A stretch of DNA of 64,000 bases from Ginglymostoma cirratum. Lineage: Eukaryota. The stretch is taken from positions 31,640,784-31,704,783 of the forward strand of contig JAHRHZ010000016.1 of NCBI GenBank assembly GCA_024137785.1, written 5' to 3'. This document shows positions 41,341 through 52,520 of the stretch, in pieces. The position numbers and the translations under genes are program-made. Under the pieces are notes generated by a model, which had not been told where the DNA came from, searched no databases, and saw only the letters and a program-made list of their open reading frames with translations. Position 1 is the stretch's first letter. Every line of letters starts with the position of its first letter.

Positions 41341-42822
41341 TGGATATGAAATTGGTTGAGTGAGGAATTCATGAATGTTTTTGTTTGAGAGAAATAGTTG
41401 AACTGGAGATGATTAGAAGCTGTTGTTTGTGCCCTTTATCCCCTTGAGCCTTATTAATGACTTAGACCTTGGTGTAATTTCAAAATTTGCACATGATGCA
41501 GTGCTTGAATAATTGTGAAGAAAAGGATATTGTAGAACTTCAAAAAGGACAAATAGGTTGTTGGGATGGCCAGAAAAGTGGCAGATGAAACTTAATGCTG
41601 ATTATTATAGTGATATATCTTGACAGAGATCGCATAGAGAGAATATAAAGTAAATTGCCAAAGGAGTGTAAGAGCAGTGAAACTAGTTGTATGTGTGAAT
41701 GTATTTTACATATTTGCACGTTTATGTATAGATATTTGATATAATTGTAAATTTAGATATTATGTATGTATTATTTATACTTTTAGTTTATACAAGTATG
41801 TATGTCATTGAAGGTGGCAGGGCTGGCTGAGAGAATTGATAATAAAGAATAGGCTGTACAGGGGCTTTGTTAATAATGGGCGTACTGTACAAAAGCAAGG
41901 AAGTTATTCTAAACTTGTAGAGAACACTACCTCGGCCTCAACTGGAGCATTACGCTCATTTCCAGGGGTTAAACTTTGCGAAGTATGAGAAGGCATTATA
42001 GGGTGCAGAGAAGATTCATGTAAATGATGGCTGGGATGAGGAAGTTCAGTTATGTGGATAATTTGTAGACATTTTGATTATTTTCATTGGAGGTGGGAGT
42101 GTTGATAGGAGATTTGTTAGCTGTTTACAAGATCATAAATGGTCTGTACAGAGTAGATTAGAACGATCTTCCCAGTGGTGGATGGATTGGGTTAAGATGC
42201 CCCACGTTTAAGATAATTGGCAAAAGGCAGCAATGGAGACATGAGGAAAAAAAAACTTTTGCATAGCAATTGGTTAGGATCTGGAATATGTTGCTTCAAT
42301 ATATGGTAGCAGGATCAATTGAGGCCTTAAGAGGGAATTGCATTGTTATCTGGGAACAAAGAATGTGCAGGGATATGGGTAGAAGACTAGAAATGGCTGT
42401 AGGTAACTTGCTCCTTTGGAGAATCCGGATAGATATGATGGGCTTAATTGTCGCTCCCTGTATTGTAACTGTTCTGTAATTAGTTTCAAAATGCTTTGAA
42501 GCCTCCCAGGATTTATTGGTTCTTTATATATTTAGAATTTTCTGTTTCTTTCTTAACCTGAGATTAAGTTCCAAACTTCAGCTGAATAATCAATCAACAT
42601 CACTTTCAAGTTCTTTTGAAGGGAAGGTGATGTTCCACATGCTCTCAAAAATCTTGAGAGAAAACAAAATGTGTGCTGACTGAAAAACAAAAATTGACGT
42701 GTCGTCAAGTGGTGGCATCATGAAAATGTACTGTGAATTAACATCAGTTTGATTTTTACCTTTCTTTACTTGCTTTACAAAACTTAGTATAATTTTATGT
42801 CCTGTTGTATTCTTTATTTTAG

Positions 42823-42949
42823 AGATGTGGTGAATCTGAAGTGGTAGATGAGAAGGGGTCTGTCTCGTCTGGATCTCTCACCAGTGCCAGCATTCCTGTT
42901 TTCCAAGATGTATTACTTCAATTCCTGGATACCCAAGCTCCAATGCTGA
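42823..42949 (+). CDS. MED12: MED12 exon 12 equivalent, 127 nt, [42 protein letters not shown]
   Basis: ttttag acceptor, A|gtaagt donor, phase 0-1. Confidence 0.95.
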
Positions 42950-43998
42950 GTAAGTGTGTTGCAGGAAATTTTACAGTGATGCAGTGCTGTGTCAGACCAA
43001 CAAAATTGCTCTTGGAAATCTGGAATCTATAATTTTCATCACAGTGAGATCATATGCTGTAATTTGGTTTGCATTTTGGTAGGATTTATTTCCCCTAGCT
43101 TACTTGTATAGGTGGTGTCGAAATGCTGACAACTGTTTTCTACAATGGTGGCTGTCAGGAGCCAGAATGAATAAACTGAAGTTCATGCTCAGCAGTAAAA
43201 TTTTGATCTCACATGCAGCTGTGTGTGCTTGGACATTTGTCTGAAGGTTCGACCTAGGCTAGTGGCAAGGTTAAACCATTAGATGCTGCGCATGGTTATC
43301 CTTGGACCCAATTGCTTTACCTTTCTATGCAAATTTTCTGGAGTACAGGTGCAACTGGAAGCAACAATGTCTGAATGAAATCATAAGATCTTCACTCAAT
43401 GGATCAGGCAGACTGGCATTACTGCAGGAATCTATTACTGGATATCTTCTTGTAAAACAAGATTATGCATCTTTAACATTTAATTTGTGCAATTGATTTG
43501 AATATATCTCGAATTCATACTAAAGTTTTTAATATACTTTTTATAAGTTTTGTTAAAGCAAGCAACTATGTCATATTGGATGATGCAACAGTATCTAAAA
43601 ATATTATCTTAAATTACATGCTGTAACATTGAGCGTAAATCTCAAACTCAAACTTTTGTCTCTATGTAAATTCTGTAAGAATAACGGAATTACAGAAGAG
43701 GCATGTTAACGAGATTGAGGAATACTTTACTGCTGATCTAGTGCAGTGTGAGAAATCGTGAACAAATAAGGATTAGTAAATGGTCTATTCGGTCATCTGA
43801 TGACTGTTCAACCTTTTGTACAGATGTCAACAGAACAAATCATGTCTGACGCGCAAGGTATTATGTTAATTCATGTGATCAGTGAAGCTTAGATTGGCTA
43901 ATTCTTCTTTTTAAACGAAAAGTTGCTGATAATAATGCCTCTGCCATGATTTGTTTCCTCAGGGACAGTTTAAGATTTAAATGTCATATCGTGATCTG

Positions 43999-44802
43999 TG
44001 ATGTGGAGGTGCTGGTGTTGTACTGGTGTGAACAAGGTCAAAAATCACATGACACCAGGTTATAGTCCCACAGGTTTATTTGAGAACACAAGCTTTCGGA
44101 GCCTTACTCCTTCAGGTGTTACTGAGAGGGGTATCAAACAACGAATTTGTAAGTATAAGATCAAAGGGTCACACCATTGTTAATGATGTACTAAACAAAC
44201 CCAAGATGTTGTTAAATCTTCAGTTAGAAGCTTCTAATTGATTAATATACATATGTATATCCCTGAATTCCTTTTGCGTCCCTGTCCTGTGAGAACTAAA
44301 GGTTTTATCAGTGTAAGGAAGAGGTAACATTTTAGGTCAGACAATGCATGTTAGATGTGCACGCAATTTATAGACAGTCACTCAATGTGGCGTTTTATAA
44401 GCTCCTACTCTAGAAATAAAACCAGTCTGACGCCAAACCAAAATACAAACCGATTCTAAACAAGGCCTCACACCTAACATGCATTGTCTGACCAAAAATG
44501 TCATCTCTTCTTTACACTGATGAAACCTTTAGTTCTCACAGGACTGGGACTTGAAAGAAATTCAGGGATTTACATGTACATATTAATCAGTTAAAACCTT
44601 CTAACTGATTGAAGGTTTAACAGTATCGTGGGGTTGTGTAGTACATCCCCATCAATGGTGTGACCCTTTGATCTTTTACTCATAAATTCGGTGTCTGATA
44701 CTACCTCTCTCACTAACACCCGAAGAAGGAGTAAGATTCCAAAAGCTTGTGTTTTCAAATAAACCTGTTGGACTGTAACCTGGTGTCGTGTGATTTCTGA
44801 CC
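43999..44802. mobile_element. Penelope-like element remnant with ~325-bp inverted arms
   Basis: 44036-44360 is the reverse complement of about 44468-44802; degenerate hammerheads at about 44090-44116 (-) and 44720-44748 (+); TSD atatcgtgatctg / atgtcgtgatctg at 43986-43998 and 44803-44815. Confidence 0.85.
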
Positions 44803-44959
44803 ATGTCGTGATCTGACCTCTGTGACTTATGCAACTGTTTATCCCATAAACATTTGGTGATTTTTGTAGTTCAGTATTTGAAGTAAATTGAGAAAAAAAA
44901 AATGCTCAGCAGGGGAATTAACAAAGGTCATATTTCAAGCCATACCTATTATTTGTATT

Positions 44960-47100
44960 AACTTGTAAATTACTGACATTGTGTCAATATCAAATAGCAT
45001 TGCTGGCGACATCTTTCGTAACTGATGATATTGTGCGACTACCAAAGGGATAGCCTAAATTCAGGAAACGATGATGTAAATCTAGTTTGGGTACAGATGA
45101 AAATGGATAAAGGTAATAAATCATTTGTGAGACTAGTGTAAAGGCCTTCTAACTAACCCACATGGTAAGGTGGAGTACGGTGAATTGGTCATAGAATCCC
45201 TACAGTGTGGAAACAGGCCCTTCGGCCCTACAAGTCCACACCGAACCTCAGAGCATCCCACCCAGACCCATCCCCCTATAACCTCCCTAATCTACACCTT
45301 CCTAAACGCTATGGGCAAATTAGCATGGCCAATCCACCTAACCTGCACATCTTTGGACTGTGGGAGGAAACCGAAGCACCCGGAGGAAACCCACGCAGAC
45401 AGGGGAGAATGTCTATGTGGAGTTTGCACAGTTGCCCAAGGCTGGAATCGAACCCGGGTCCCTGGCGCTGTGAAGCAGCAGTGCTAACCACTGTGCCACC
45501 GTGCGTCATCTAGGTTAATCATGCATTACAGGTCAGTTATCTCAGTCACGAGCTGTCAAAGCCAAGAATGTATCCATTTCTTCCAATCTTCCTACAAATT
45601 TAATGACACATCTCTCTGATAGTTTCCTGGATCATAATTCATCTCAGTGGTTGTGTCATGGAAGATCAACAGAAAGTTACTGCTCTCTACAGCAACAAGA
45701 CCAAAACCATGTTCACAGTTTCGCAAACCTTGAGGGGGACGGAAGTTACAAGGCAATGCAATTTTTAAAGAAGCAAGGTGTATTATTCAAGCAGGATAGA
45801 GCAATCCTTTATTTCTAGGAAAGAGAATGAATTGATTTATAAGCTAGGTTTGTTATTCCAGTGGGATGCGTACCTAAAGTGTTCTCTGGGCAGCGCAATT
45901 CATTCAATATAAATTTAAAAGGGCCATACCAACATAAACATTGTAAATTCAGTGGAATTACAGGTCACAAAAGGTATATATGAACTGCAGACTTACAGGC
46001 CGAGCCATTGTCCGATGCTCAGAGTTATTTGGAAATACAGGAACAGGAGTACATGCTGATGTTGGTGGTTATAAATGCTCTTGAAGAAATTTTAAAACAG
46101 AGGAAACAAAATAGGAGCTTGACAGAAAGGTATGGAATAATAATGTGGAATTTTAATCCGTATACCGGTGGGAACAATCAGATGGTAGAAGGTAGTCAAG
46201 TTGACTTCATAGAATATTTTCGAGAGAGTTTCTTAGAACAATGCATTCTGAATCCAACCAGAGATCGAGCTGTACTGGAACAAGAACTGTGTAATGAGAT
46301 GTGATTCAGTAATAATCTCACAGTAGAGGCACCTCTAAGTAGTAATGATCATTATATGATTAAATTTTATGTTCCCTTTGAAGGAGAGGTGAGTCTAAGA
46401 CTGATGTAATTGTCCTTAGTTAAGTTTAATATGAGGGCATGAAAACAGGGCTAGCTAAAGTGAACTGGCAAATATAAATTTCAGGATAGATCAATAGATG
46501 CAGTGATGGATATTTAAAGGGATATTTCAGAATACACAAAAAATATACTTTTCAGCAGAGACAAATTCTAAGGTGGGGAAACCTACTATCTGTGGTTAAC
46601 TTTCAAAAAAAAAAGATATTTTCGGATCAAAGAAAAAGCGTATGATCCTGTTTGAAGATTGGATGGCATATAAAGAACAGAAACAATGACTAAAAGATCA
46701 ATAAGGAGGGAAAAATTCAGTATGAGAAGAAGCTGGCTTGAAATATAAGATCAGGAAGAATTTCTGTACATAATTTAAAAATTAAAGCATTAACAGGGTG
46801 CTGATCCTAGCAAAAGAAAGTCGGGAGAATTAATAATGGGAAATAATGATATGGCAGATGACATTTCCATCGGTCTTCATTTTGATACAAGTAACACCTC
46901 ACTAAATCAGGAAATGGAAGAGAGGAATTACAATCACCAGTAAAGCTGTGGGTTGATAAATGCCTGAGTTCGGATGGAATTTGTCCTCTCGTCTTAACAG
47001 AAGTCAGTAGTGAGATAGTTGATGCATTTTGTCTAATTGACCAAAATTCCACGGATTAGACAATAGTGAATGTAACTCCTCCATTCGATAAAGGGAGAAA
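44960..47100 (+). mobile_element. Decayed CR1 endonuclease/linker fragment, interrupted by a SINE and unassigned sequence
   Basis: FIEYFRESFLEQCILNPTRDRAVLEQELCNE parallels FMECLRDGFLEQLVVEPTREQAVLDLVLCNE in ORF 54747..55400. Confidence 0.7.
45188..45503 (-). mobile_element. HE1-like V-SINE (micro-inversion variant), young-looking
   Basis: rc A box tggcacagtgg, B box ggttcgattcc, CpGs retained; closely similar to 15824-16121. Confidence 0.93.
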
Positions 47101-47499
47101 AGGCAGAACAGGCTAAAAGGCCAAATGGCCTACTCCTGCTCCTTACTTGTATGTTCGTTGTTATCAGTACGTAACTGGTCATAGTGGATTTTCCCCTGCT
47201 ATATATGTTTGGTAAAAATCCTATAACCTGTTGGTATTCACCATGTCATTGCAGCTAGACTCCACTTGCAATGAAGAACGTGTAGTCAGGTTTCCCTGTT
47301 GTTGGCACTTTACTCCATTTCTCTTCCAATCATTCTGGACACAAACTTGCACTTATGTTCTGTAGGACAGTGAAAACTTTGGAACAAGAACCTCTGTGTA
47401 ATCGTCATCTAACATGTTTAATATAAGTACAATGTTCAATTCCATTCGCAGTTCCTCAGAAAAAATCAGTTTTGCTCACATCGAGCACGACCGTGTAAA

Positions 47500-47990
47500 C
47501 ATTCAGACTTGAGCTGATAAGTGGCAAGCAATATTTACCCACATGAGTGCTATCTCCAATACAAGATGATCTAATCTAGTTGCCTGACTTAAATATTTAA
47601 TAGCATCATCGTTGCTGAATCCTGTAACATCAATGTCTTAAGTTGTCATGAACCAGAAATCTAACTGGACCAGCCACACAGATATCTATAGTAGTTTCTA
47701 AGCAGGTCAGAGACTAGGAATTCCATAATGACCAACTCACCACTGAACTCCCCTCGGCCTGTCTGCCACCAATAAGGCACAACTTAAGAGTGTGATTTAA
47801 AAACTCTCCACATGCCTGAATACGTTCAGCTTCAAAAACACTCCAGGAACTCAACATCTAGGAAAATGTAGCCCACTCATTTGTTACTCTGTTCACAACT
47901 TTAAATATTTATCCTCTCCATCACCAGCACTTTGTGGCTGCAGTGTGTAACGTCTGCCAGATGCATGGTGGCAATTTGCCAAACTGCTCA
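47500..47990 (+). mobile_element. Decayed family-B LINE 3' fragment
   Basis: Collinear with 6400-6890. Confidence 0.65.
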
Positions 47991-48740
47991 AAGTAAGGAG
48001 GCATGGGATTCAGGGAAATTTGGCTGTCTGGATACAAAACTGGTTGTCCAATAGAAGACAAAGAGGGTAGTAGTAGATGGAAAGTATTCAGCCTGGAACT
48101 TGGTGACCAGTGGGGTTCCGCAGCAATCTGTTCTGGGACCTCTGCTCTTTGTGATCATTTAAGTGGAAGGGTGGGTTAGTAAGTTTGCCGATGACACGAA
48201 GGTTGGTGGAGTTGTGGACAGTGTGGAGGGCTGTTGTAGGTTGCAACTGGTCATTGACAGAATGCAGAGCTGGGCAGTGAAGTGACAGATGGAATTCAGC
48301 CCAGAAAAGTATGAAGTGATTCATTTTGGAAGGTCGAATTTGAATGCAGAATACAGGGTTAATGGCAGGATTCTCAGCAGTGTGGAGAAACAGAGAGATC
48401 TTGGGGTCCACGTCCATGGATCCCTCAAATTGCTACCCAAGTTGATAGGGTTGTAAAGAAGGCGTATGGTGTGGTGGCTTTCATTGGCAGCGGAATTGAG
48501 TTTAAGAGCCGCGAGGTTATGCTGCAACTCTAGAAAACCCTGGTGAGACCACACTTGAAATATTGTGTTCAGTTCTGGTCGCCTCATTATAGGAAAGATG
48601 TGGAAGCTTTAGAGAGGGTGTAGAGGAGATTTACCAGGATGCTGCCTGGACTGGGGGGAAGGTTTTATGAGGAAAGGTTGAGGGAGCTAGGGCTTTTTTC
48701 ATTGAAACGAAGAAGGATGAGAGGTGACTTGATCGAGGTC
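47990..48740 (+). mobile_element. HER1/CR1 RT fragment
   Basis: [45 protein letters not shown]. Confidence 0.9.
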
Positions 48741-49150
48741 AAAATCCCCTACCAATGTAACCTTTGTTATTTTTACAACCATCTGCGATATCCCTATTTA
48801 TTTGCTTCTTAATTTCCCGCTGACTATTGGGGGGCCTAAAGTACAATCCCTTCAAAGTAATCATGCCCTTCTTATTTCTCAGTTCCACCCATATAGCTTC
48901 ACTGGGTGATTTCCCCAAGAATATCTTCTCTAAGTATTGCAGTGATGTTTCCCTAATTAAAAATGCCAACCCCCATCCACCTCTTCTTTTGCCTCCTTTT
49001 CTATTCTTCCTATGCCATCTGTATCCTCGAACATTGAGCTGTCAGTCCCTCAGACATGTTTCTATATTGGCTATGATATCCTAGTCCCATGTTCCCATCC
49101 ATGCCCTGAGTTCATCTGCCTTACCTGTCAGACCTCTTGCATTGAAATAA
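48741..49150 (-). mobile_element. CR1 endonuclease fragment fused in opposite orientation
   Basis: EAIWVELRNKKGMITLKGLYFRPPNS. Confidence 0.85.
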
Positions 49151-50580
49151 ATTCTCTTATTTCCATAGGTTTGATGTTTGTGACATTTTGTGCAAGACAC
49201 ATCTTAGTCATCTCTGGATCAACATTTTTAAACTAAGTCCTAGGCTTATTTAATGAAGGACAGTTCTTGTTGAATGTTGGAAATATAACCGAGGAGAGAA
49301 GCAATTTGGTTGGAGTTGTGTTCCTACAATAACCTACTCAGCAACCAGGTCCTTTTATATTCCACCTTTTGAAATACTTATCCGATTCCTTATAAATAGT
49401 CTTGTTTTTACCTGCACAGATCCTTGATATGAAGCATCCTATGGCCTAAGAGCCCTTTGGTCATATGCTCGCATTTTCATTTTCCCTTTAGTTCATTGTT
49501 ATGATCCTAGCTGGTGTTCTTATTGGACAAGTCCAATCCTAGACAGAAACCTAGCTTGGTAGATCGTATTTTGATTTATTTTGGTTTTAGTAGTTGGTCT
49601 CTTGCTGAAAAATAAGCATGCATTGCTGCAGCTTATTGCTTTAAGAATAAAACTGAAGTTTATTACAAAAAGAAATGAAGATGAAATGGAATAAGCCAAA
49701 CTATCTATTTATAAATACACATTTGAGGATTCAAAGATTTTTAAACACACGTAATAGAATCCCATGAATCGCAAATTGAAAAGTAGAAAACAAACCAGCT
49801 TTGGTATGGTAACTGAAAACCCATCCCAGGATAGTTTCCGAAACTCTACTTGTGCAGTACTCTCACAAGAATCCCTGTATGCAACACCTCTGTAGACGTA
49901 GGTTGCTTGTGGTTTCAACTTTTAGACTACAACTGCAAATGATCGTTTCTTCCTGACTCAACTTCATACCTGAGCTTTATTGTACTCAGCTTTAAGTAAC
50001 CTTTCAGGGTTTTATGCCAACACTTCTAGTCTAGGACTAATACTAACTTTTTAATCCAAGGCAGTCTAGTTTATTACAACCTTCCCTTCACTTGTCACAT
50101 TTATTCCAAGGGTTTCATAGGACTACCCAAAACTTAAAGTAAAATTGAACCAGAAGTTCTCCTCTTTAAGCAATGGGTGTTTCCCTTAAGTTTGAAAAAA
50201 GCAAGTTCCATAAGTTTCTATCAAACGTTGAACCCCCATTGTTTGGCAACTGAGCAAGGTAAATAATCTATGAGAAACAAAAAAAGTCCATTAGCAGTGT
50301 GCACAAACCCATTCAATCTGAAGCTATACTCTAAAACTTTTCTTATAAGAAGTAATCACTATTGTTACCGAAATATTTACAAGTAATTACTTACTTCAGA
50401 CACGCAGACAACCCATAGGGTACTGAAAAACCAGCAACCCAATCTGGCAGACAGTCCACTCTGCAATGTTAGTACTCGGAAGCTGTATGTAATCCATAGA
50501 ATGTCATTTGTACATCAATCATTAGAATACAGATTAACATTTCCTTTGTTGTCCTTAACTATCCCTTAATTGTCTTCTAG

Positions 50581-50810
50581 CTGATCCTGGTAGTGAAAGT
50601 GAAAAGGCTGAATTTGCCAACTTGGTACTCCTGTTCTGTGAGCTGATCCGCCATGATGTTTTCTCTCACAATGTCTACATGTGCACGTTGATATCCAGAG
50701 GAGATTTGTCCTCGGAGCAAAATGTGCCCAGACCACGATCGCCTGTTGACGATGCAGCAGAAGAACAGGACCGGAAGGAACATGAAGGAAACAGCAGTGT
50801 AAAGCTGGAG
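50581..50810 (+). CDS. MED12: MED12 exon 13 equivalent, 230 nt, [43 protein letters not shown]...VKLE
   Basis: ttctag acceptor, GAG|gtatgg donor, phase 1-0; conserved [13 protein letters not shown] motif. Confidence 0.96.
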
Positions 50811-51928
50811 GTATGGAGAATATCAGGGACAGTGCTGGGGTAGATGTTTTGAAGTATAATTTCCTCTATCCTCTAACTTTAGCAGTCCTTTCAGGCACAG
50901 TCTTAGGCGCTGGACATGGTGTCATGTAAGTGATGTTGTCCGCTTAGCGAGAAAATCTGGTGCTGTTGTATGTAGCTCCATGCTGGATACAACTATCCTT
51001 GGGGAGGCAAATAAAAGACTGACTGACTGGTCTCTGACCTGATTTGTTGTTTCACTGTCAGATTGAAGTATTAAATTTACAAGTGCCATTGGAAGTGGAG
51101 AATGGAAGGGACTTTCTTGACTGATTTTTTTTTTTTTTTCCAGAGTGCAAAGTGTTCTGTCTTTGATATTTTAAAAACTTGGTAGCATATCTTGTATGTC
51201 TGGGCTCTGATACCTTGGTTTATTTCTTATTTGATCAACCTATCCTTGTTCTAGAGCTCTGGCAATATTAATTTCTTTCTTGTCTGCTTTAGACCTATGT
51301 TTGGTGCTTGATTTTTCTTGTGTGATAAGCCACAGGCTGAAGAAAGTAACATTGGATGCTGATCTCTGAAACACATAATAAAGAACTTCCGAAAGTTTCC
51401 ATGGCTAACAAATATTTTAAAATATCAAAATTCAGGCCAGAAACAAAATATGTCGAATCGAGTTCAAGGTTAAATATTTGCCTTAAAAAGTTTGATCTAG
51501 GAAAGCACCTGACTTCATGTACAAGTTATCAAAAGTCCCAGCTGAGTACCCACTGTGCCTTTAGTTTATCAACTTCAAGTGTTCTTGTCATTTAATGTTG
51601 TTTGTTTAAGGGAGAACAGCATACATTTAATAATTTCAGTGGGTGTTTTATAAGGAGAGATTACATAAAATTGGGTGTACTCTGGAATGTAGTAGGTTAT
51701 GGGTGATTTTATCAATGTTTTCAAACTATCAAATGGAACAGATAGGGTAAATAGAGGAAAATTATTTTTACTGGTTGAGTCCAGGACTTGGGAATGTAGT
51801 TTAAAAATCAGAGAGATATTCTAGCAGTGATTTCAGGAAAACAATTTTCTCCAGACAAAAGCAAATAGAGATTAGGAGTTTTCTTCTCAAAATGGCAATT
51901 TGCTGCTAGATAACTTGTTAATAATGAA

Positions 51929-52386
51929 GTTGTTTCAGAGATAGTAGGAACTTCACAAGCTTCAAAATCTCCCCTCCCCCTACCGCGTCCCAAAACCAGC
52001 CCAGCTCGTCCCCGCCTCTCTAACCTGCCCTTTCTTCCACCTATCCCCTCCTCCCACCTCAAGCCCCATCCCCATCTACCTACCAACCTCATCCCGCCTC
52101 CTTGACCTGTCCGTCCTCCCTGGACTGACCTATCTCCTCCCTAACTCTCCACCAACACTCATCTTTACTGGCTCCATCCCAGCCTCTTTGACCAGTCTGT
52201 CTCCTCTCCACCTACCTTCTCCTGTATCCATCTTCTATCCGCCTACCCCTCTCTCCCTATTTATTTCAGAACCTCCTTCCCATCCCCCATTTCTGAAGCA
52301 GGGTCTAGGCCCGAAACGTCAGCCTTCCTGCTCCTCTGATGCTGCTTGGCCTGCTGTGTTCATCCAGCTCTACACCTTGTTATCTC
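51929..52386 (+). mobile_element. Penelope-like 3' region (pyrimidine-rich UTR plus hammerhead with A9->C, 52293-52320), nested in a CR1 3' fragment (about 51600-52510)
   Basis: CTGAAGC-A-GGGTCTAGGCCC-GAAA-CG-TC; short inverted tail piece gagatagtaggaac at the 5' side; imperfect TSD ttgttaataatgaa / ttattaataataaa. Confidence 0.8.
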
Positions 52387-52520
52387 TTATTAATAATAAA
52401 TCTGAGTTTGTAGGTTTTTTTGTTGATAAAAGGGATGAGGGGCTGAGTGTGCATTGAGAGTGAGCGTGCATGTTAATCATGATTCTTTAAAATGATGGAT
52501 TATGTTGAAGGGTTTATAAA

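Larger units (their letters stand above)
40200..42480 (+). mobile_element. Decayed CR1 LINE ORF2 filling intron 11
   Basis: Remnants of DWKIANITRLF, AFxTVPH, ISKFAHD and VRIWNML motifs, with a 3' tail. Confidence 0.75.

Noticed and set aside
41690-41805. AT-rich TA/TG stretch within the intron 11 CR1
   Set aside because: Low-complexity decayed microsatellite with no structure.
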